A stretch of 64,000 nt of DNA from Calditrichales bacterium (GTDB lineage Bacteria; Calditrichota; Calditrichia; Calditrichales; J004): the NCBI GenBank assembly GCA_965267575.1, contig OZ254086.1:4192001-4256000 (forward strand). The letters run 5' to 3'. Position 1 is the first letter of the stretch. Each line of letters opens with the position of its first letter. The position numbers and the translations under genes were made by a program. Positions 59,622 to 64,000 of the stretch are shown piece after piece. The notes under the pieces were generated by a model that saw only the letters and a list, made by a program, of their open reading frames with translations, ran no database searches and was not told the origin of the DNA.

Positions 59622-60959
59622 ATGAACAGGCAGATCCTTCGCTTGGCGATTCCCAATATTATCAGCAACCTGGCTATTCCCCTGTTGGGCGTGGTGGACA
59701 CAGCTCTGGTCGGGCACCTGGACGGCATTCACTACATCGGAGCGCTGGCCATTGGCGGAATGATCTTCAATTTTGTCTACTGGGGTTTTGGCTTTCTGCG
59801 CATGGGCACAACGGGGCTTACCGCGCAGGCCTTTGGGCGCAAAGGTGATGCCGAATCGATACACATATTGCTGCGCGCATTGATTGTTGCCGTTGGCGGC
59901 GCGTTGCTGCTCTGGCTGTTGCAGGTGCCCATCGCCTGGTTCAGTTTCTGGCTTGTGGATGCCAGCGCCGATGTGGAAAAATACGCCGCTTCCTATTTTT
60001 ACATTCGCATTTACGCCGCACCGGCCACTCTTAGCCTGTATGCTTTCCACGGCTGGTTCCTGGGTATGCAGAACGCGCGCTATCCGCTCTATTTAACCGT
60101 GCTGGTAAACGCGGCCAACATCGGCTTTAACCTGCTTTTTGTAAAAGTATTTTCGATGCATTCCGACGGCATAGCGCTGGGAACGGTGCTGGCGCAGTAT
60201 CTCGGCCTGGCAGGCGCCCTGCTGTTGTTTGCCCGCCGTTACCGAGCCATGCTGCAGGCGATCCGCAAACAGGCCCTGCGCAACGTGGACGAAATCAAAC
60301 GCTTTTTTAATGTAAACCGTGACATCTTTATCCGCACCTTGTGCCTTATTTTTGCGTTTTCCTTCTTCACGGCCAAGTCCGCGGAACTGGGTGAAGATAT
60401 CCTGGCGGTGAATACGATCCTGCTGCAGTTGTGGATGGTCTTTTCCTATGGCATCGACGGTTTTGCCTTTGCCGCCGAAAGCCTTGTGGGACGCTATTAC
60501 GGCGCCAATGACGAGAGCGGCCTGCGGCGCATGGTTAAGTATATCTTTGCCTGGGGCGTTGGGCTGGGACTCCTTTTTTCGGCAGTATATGGCCTGCTGG
60601 GAGAAAACATTCTGTGGCTTTTTACAGACAAAGAAAACCTTGTGTTGCTGGCTATGAGTTTCTTTACCTGGACTGTCGTCGCGCCGACGGTAAACAGCTT
60701 CTGCTACATCTGGGACGGCATTTTTATCGGGGCCACGGCGTCGCGTGCCATGCGTGATACGATGCTTTTTTCAACGTTTGCTGTTTTTCTGCCGATGTTC
60801 TACGTGGGAAAATGGTGGCTGGGCAACCACGGCCTGTGGCTGGCGATGCTGCTGTTCATGGCCGCGCGCTGGTTGAGTATGCAGCTGCTTGCAGGGAAAG
60901 TGCTTCGGGTAGGTGACGGGGAGAAGAAGAGGTTACCGGGTAACGGGGTGACGGAGTGA
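59622..60959 (+). CDS. MATE-family efflux transporter (DinF-like)
   Basis: PLLGVVDTALVGHL, FLRMGTTGLTAQA, DGFAFAAE; about 12 TM segments. Confidence 0.93.
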   Translation: MNRQILRLAIPNIISNLAIPLLGVVDTALVGHLDGIHYIGALAIGGMIFNFVYWGFGFLRMGTTGLTAQAFGRKGDAESIHILLRALIVAVGGALLLWLLQVPIAWFSFWLVDASADVEKYAASYFYIRIYAAPATLSLYAFHGWFLGMQNARYPLYLTVLVNAANIGFNLLFVKVFSMHSDGIALGTVLAQYLGLAGALLLFARRYRAMLQAIRKQALRNVDEIKRFFNVNRDIFIRTLCLIFAFSFFTAKSAELGEDILAVNTILLQLWMVFSYGIDGFAFAAESLVGRYYGANDESGLRRMVKYIFAWGVGLGLLFSAVYGLLGENILWLFTDKENLVLLAMSFFTWTVVAPTVNSFCYIWDGIFIGATASRAMRDTMLFSTFAVFLPMFYVGKWWLGNHGLWLAMLLFMAARWLSMQLLAGKVLRVGDGEKKRLPGNGVTE

Positions 60960-61001
60960 CGGGTTAAGAAGTTACGAAATGACGAGGTGACGGAGTGATG
61001 A
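60931..61001. repeat. Degenerate 8-mer tandem array (RGTKACGR) overlapping MATE stop
   Basis: ggttaccg ggtaacgg ggtgacgg agtgacg ggttaaga agttacga aatgacga ggtgacgg agtgatga; inverted counterpart at 61265-61297. Confidence 0.7.
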
Positions 61002-61013
61002 AGGAGCCCGACA

Positions 61014-61086
61014 CGTCATGCTGAATTCATTTCAGCATCTTCTTCATAGCGCGGGGCAGAGATTCTGAAACAAGTTCAGAATGACG
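61014..61086. repeat. CGTC-type REP inverted doublet (REPIN-like), copy 1
   Basis: CGTCATGCTGAATTCATTTCAGCATCT, spacer, AGATTCTGAAACAAGTTCAGAATGACG. Confidence 0.85.
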
Positions 61087-61208
61087 AAGTGGCCAGCAAT
61101 GCCCGCGCTATTGTCATTTCGAATTCGGCAACCGCCGGGTGAGAAATCAAGGCAACAGACGCATCCCGAATTACTTAACATTTACAGAAAATGACATACC
61201 ATTCCCCT

Positions 61209-61246
61209 CCTTCCCTTAAACTAAGGGAAGGATGCCCTTCAGGGCA
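61209..61246. repeat. Twin-hairpin palindromic element
   Basis: CCTTCCCTTA-aac-TAAGGGAAGG perfect 10-bp stem, then TGCCCT-tc-AGGGCA. Confidence 0.65.
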
Positions 61247-61303
61247 GGAAGGGTTTTCCTTCTCGTCACGCGGTTACCCGGTCACTCCGTAACCTCCTTA
61301 GAA

Positions 61304-61376
61304 CGTCATCCTGAATTCATTTCAGGATCTTCTTCACAGCACGGGGGAGAGATTCTGAAACGAGTTCAGAATGACG
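61304..61376. repeat. CGTC-type REP inverted doublet, copy 2
   Basis: CGTCATCCTGAATTCATTTCAGGATCT, spacer, AGATTCTGAAACGAGTTCAGAATGACG. Confidence 0.85.
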
Positions 61377-61439
61377 AAGCGGTCCGTTCCTTCCCTTAGC
61401 ATCTCTGACATGGGGCGCGGGAGAGACAGCACGGAGCAG

Positions 61440-61466
61440 AGATTCTGAAACGAGTTCAGAATGACG
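61440..61466. repeat. Single REP unit
   Basis: AGATTCTGAAACGAGTTCAGAATGACG, identical to right arm of copy 2. Confidence 0.8.
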
Positions 61467-61525
61467 AGATGGGTGGTTCAGCATGACGGAATTAATCGCA
61501 GCAAAAAAATCATCTGACAAACAAA

Positions 61526-62272
61526 ATGAAAAAGACATATACACTTATCCTTGTCACTTTGCTTTTTGCCGCTACTGCGCAGGCGCAGGATGCGGTTTTC
61601 CCGGGGCTTGAAGAAAAGGAAGACCCGGCGGAGAAGGTTTACCGTGGCGGGGCTTTTCTGTTGGCGGCATCCTTTCTTCTGGATAACAGCATCCGTAAGG
61701 AAGTTGCTTCCATTAACAATAAAACATTCGATGATATTATGGTCATCGACCGCTATTACGGGCAAAGGGAAATAACCGCGGCCGGGCTATTAGGCATCTA
61801 TGGCATTAGTGCACTGGCGGACAATCAGCGATGGAAAGATGCCAGCGAAACAGCGATTCTATCCGCATTGGTTTCGACAGTAATCAACGTCGCCATAAAA
61901 GACGCTGTGGGGCGTGCCAGGCCTCACGCGGGCAAAGGAGCACATCATTACACGCCGTTCCGCTTTAAGGAATCGCGCAGGGCTTTTATGTCAGGCCACG
62001 CCACGGTTACCATGGCTGTCTCCGCCTCTTTTGCCGATGTGTATGATGCCGGTGCCTGGAAGGCTTTGTGCTATGGCGCGGCGCTGCTCACCGGCACGGC
62101 ACGTATCTACCGCGACCAGCACTGGGCATCGGATGTGATCGGCGGCTGGCTGTGGGGCTATTTTGTGGCCCAAAAAAGCAGGGAGTTCATAAAATCAAAA
62201 AAGGCCACGCCCACTCCGGGGGTGACCTTTAAAGACGGTACCGCGCTGTTAACACTTTCCATAAATTTTTAG
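61526..62272 (+). CDS. PAP2-family phosphatase
   Basis: K....R.RP (KDAVGRARP), SGH, R.....HW.SD; signal peptide. Confidence 0.92.
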   Translation: MKKTYTLILVTLLFAATAQAQDAVFPGLEEKEDPAEKVYRGGAFLLAASFLLDNSIRKEVASINNKTFDDIMVIDRYYGQREITAAGLLGIYGISALADNQRWKDASETAILSALVSTVINVAIKDAVGRARPHAGKGAHHYTPFRFKESRRAFMSGHATVTMAVSASFADVYDAGAWKALCYGAALLTGTARIYRDQHWASDVIGGWLWGYFVAQKSREFIKSKKATPTPGVTFKDGTALLTLSINF

Positions 62273-62297
62273 GTGAGATTGTTTACATCGCCGGTGG

Positions 62298-63800
62298 CTA
62301 CCACGTGGCCAAAAAGAAGGTGACACCTCCTGAAAATATCCAGCCCTGCCCTTTTTCAATGCGGTTGAGATAGTGGCCGGGCTTCTCCACATAGCGCACT
62401 TTAAGCTGCGCCTCCAGCCAGTTGTTGAAATAATACTGCATTTCCAGGTCATTCAAAAAATTGGATTGCACCGGCTTTATGGGAAACGGCTCGTGCTCCG
62501 TCGGGAACAGATCGGTTAACTGCACCGAACCATAGCGCCCGTAAACCGTTTTGTTTGCAATGATCAGCGGAAACAATCCCCAATATTCCATTTTTAGCTT
62601 GATCTCTTCGCTGGAGGCCACCGGGTAACCCAGGCCCAATTCGCGGTAATGGTAATTCTCCCACGTGCGCCGTGACTGATAGGTGCGATTCCAGACGCGG
62701 ACGTAGGTAAGCGCCGTGTTCAAGCCTTCCATAAGCAGATCGCCGCTGCGCAGTGATGTCATAAGCGCCAGGCGGTCCGGCAGGCGGGCGCGGTCATCCA
62801 CGCCGGGATCGTTGTTAACGATGATGTCATCCAGCAGGAACTGGCCATAAAGCGTGATCCGTCGTGCCGGTTTGTAAAAAACATCAAGTGCCCAGGAACC
62901 GTTCATCTGCAGTTGATCGTTGCGTTGCAGCGGGTAATAAAAGGTCATCGGGTTAAGGAAAGAGGGCTCGAAATCGCGTTCCACGCCACCGTAAACGGCC
63001 ATTTCCGTAAAGGCCATCTGGAAATTCTCACTAAAGGCGATATCCAGGCGGTGGCCGGTAAGGAACTTGTTGGCGTCTTCAAACAAGGTGTCCGGCTCTT
63101 TGTCAAAAAGGGCGTCCAGTTGCTCCAGCCGGGCAAAGATGACCGACAAGCGCAATTTTTTCCAGGTGTAGGTAAACAGAAAGTGGTCGTAGCTGTAGGC
63201 CCAGTCGGAGAGGATCAGGCTATGCTCTCCGGGCGGCCCCCAGTTGCGCTTTGTCCGACCAACAAAGAAATCGAAAGCGCCAAAGTTGAGCCGCATGTAG
63301 GCTTCATTCACACGGCCGTACAACCAATCGGATGACTCCGACAGGTCGCCGGCAAACTTTGGGTCGCGGCGGTAATCACGATCCACGGTGGTGCGGTTGG
63401 CAAGAGTTATGTGCGGCGCGGAATAGTACACCGTCCCGTCCACGCGGAAGCGGTGAAGGCCGCTTTCATCGCTTTGGCGGAAATGGTTAAGGCCCCGCAA
63501 GCTTCCGGCTATCACCTGCTCCGTTGAATCCTTCATGATCAGCCCCGTCGGCAAAAAACGCCCCAAGCGAGGCTCGGCTTTCACAAAATCTTTATCATAT
63601 TCATAAGGCTGCGCCAGCACAAAACCGGGATTATATTCGCCGGCGTTTATTTTGTACTCCGCATAGCGGCTGTATATGCCGTCGGTTGCGGAAGTAAGCT
63701 GCGCGGGGAGCGGCGCGATGAGGAGCAGTGATAAAGTGATGAAGTAATGAAGTGATGATGTTATGGAGTGATGAAGTAACAATGTATTTTTATTTGGCAT
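62298..63800 (-). CDS. Capsule assembly Wzi-family outer-membrane protein
   Basis: GR....WGP....LILS, GHRLD, E..VYGG, LYGQFLLDD; terminal Trp. Confidence 0.75.
   Translation of the reverse strand: MPNKNTLLLHHSITSSLHYFITLSLLLIAPLPAQLTSATDGIYSRYAEYKINAGEYNPGFVLAQPYEYDKDFVKAEPRLGRFLPTGLIMKDSTEQVIAGSLRGLNHFRQSDESGLHRFRVDGTVYYSAPHITLANRTTVDRDYRRDPKFAGDLSESSDWLYGRVNEAYMRLNFGAFDFFVGRTKRNWGPPGEHSLILSDWAYSYDHFLFTYTWKKLRLSVIFARLEQLDALFDKEPDTLFEDANKFLTGHRLDIAFSENFQMAFTEMAVYGGVERDFEPSFLNPMTFYYPLQRNDQLQMNGSWALDVFYKPARRITLYGQFLLDDIIVNNDPGVDDRARLPDRLALMTSLRSGDLLMEGLNTALTYVRVWNRTYQSRRTWENYHYRELGLGYPVASSEEIKLKMEYWGLFPLIIANKTVYGRYGSVQLTDLFPTEHEPFPIKPVQSNFLNDLEMQYYFNNWLEAQLKVRYVEKPGHYLNRIEKGQGWIFSGGVTFFLATW
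63727..63782. repeat. 8-mer tandem array (AGTGATGA, 7 units) within 5' end of Wzi-like ORF
   Basis: agtgataa agtgatga agtaatga agtgatga tgttatgg agtgatga agtaacaa. Confidence 0.8.
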
Positions 63801-63884
63801 TTTTATTTTTTAGTGATTTAATTTTAAATGAAGTAAACCCGCTATCTAATCTTAAAGTATTTTTGACATTCTGAATGAAAAACA

Positions 63885-63957
63885 CGTCATTCTGAACTCG
63901 TTTCAGAATCTCTCCGACGTCCCATGAAGAAGATCCTGAAATAAATTCAGGATGACG
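63885..63957. repeat. CGTC-type REP inverted doublet, copy 3 (opposite orientation)
   Basis: CGTCATTCTGAACTCGTTTCAGAATCT, spacer, AGATCCTGAAATAAATTCAGGATGACG; near reverse complement of copy 2. Confidence 0.85.
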
Positions 63958-64000
63958 TTGACTAGATAGTATGGCATTAACTGTAGTAATATCGCTATAA

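Noticed and set aside
61014..61466. Repeats as a CRISPR array
   Set aside because: Units are inverted doublets with irregular spacing and similar spacers; no cas genes in the window.
61317..61544. 75-aa ORF with repeated RHSELVSESL
   Set aside because: It is the translation of REP units, with no other sign of coding.
1..64000. tRNA, rRNA, IS transposase, integrase or prophage genes
   Set aside because: None recognisable by eye in the intergenic regions or the ORF track.

Overview
Gene-dense bacterial chromosomal window of about 55 CDSs, mostly housekeeping and mostly on the minus strand. The gene repertoire (T9SS/FlgD-type C-terminal sorting domain, GWxTD protein, peptidase-MA/PD40/BamA fusion, MqnA-like protein) suggests an FCB-group-related lineage such as Calditrichota; this is inference only. 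Left to right: (1) the end of a sigma-54 activator, a PEGA-type Ser/Thr kinase, a TPR-like envelope protein and a large secreted protein preceded by a consensus -24/-12 promoter; (2) an OmpR/HAMP two-component pair; (3) rimO-ftsY-purF-ridA; (4) a stand-alone dnaA with three consensus DnaA boxes upstream; (5) sugar-nucleotide genes, a REC-PAS-GAF-PP2C phosphatase, mlaEF, a BamA-like protein, a motif-degenerate glycogen-debranching homologue and a STAS protein; (6) tyrA-aroF-ruvX, HU/IHF, mutS, a hybrid kinase, coaX, birA; (7) a biotin carboxylase/methylmalonyl-CoA mutase/meaB cluster interrupted by a Uma2 nuclease; (8) a paralogous two-component pair behind a spondin-domain lipoprotein; (9) MATE, PAP2 and Wzi genes surrounded by CGTC-type REP palindromes and degenerate 7-8-mer tandem arrays. 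I saw no rRNA, tRNA, CRISPR array or transposase. The best candidates for undescribed systems are the sigma-54/kinase/secreted-protein module at 1-5.2 kb and the spondin/two-component locus, which shares an 11-bp-period upstream box with its paralogous locus. All calls come from reading motifs by eye; no searches were run.
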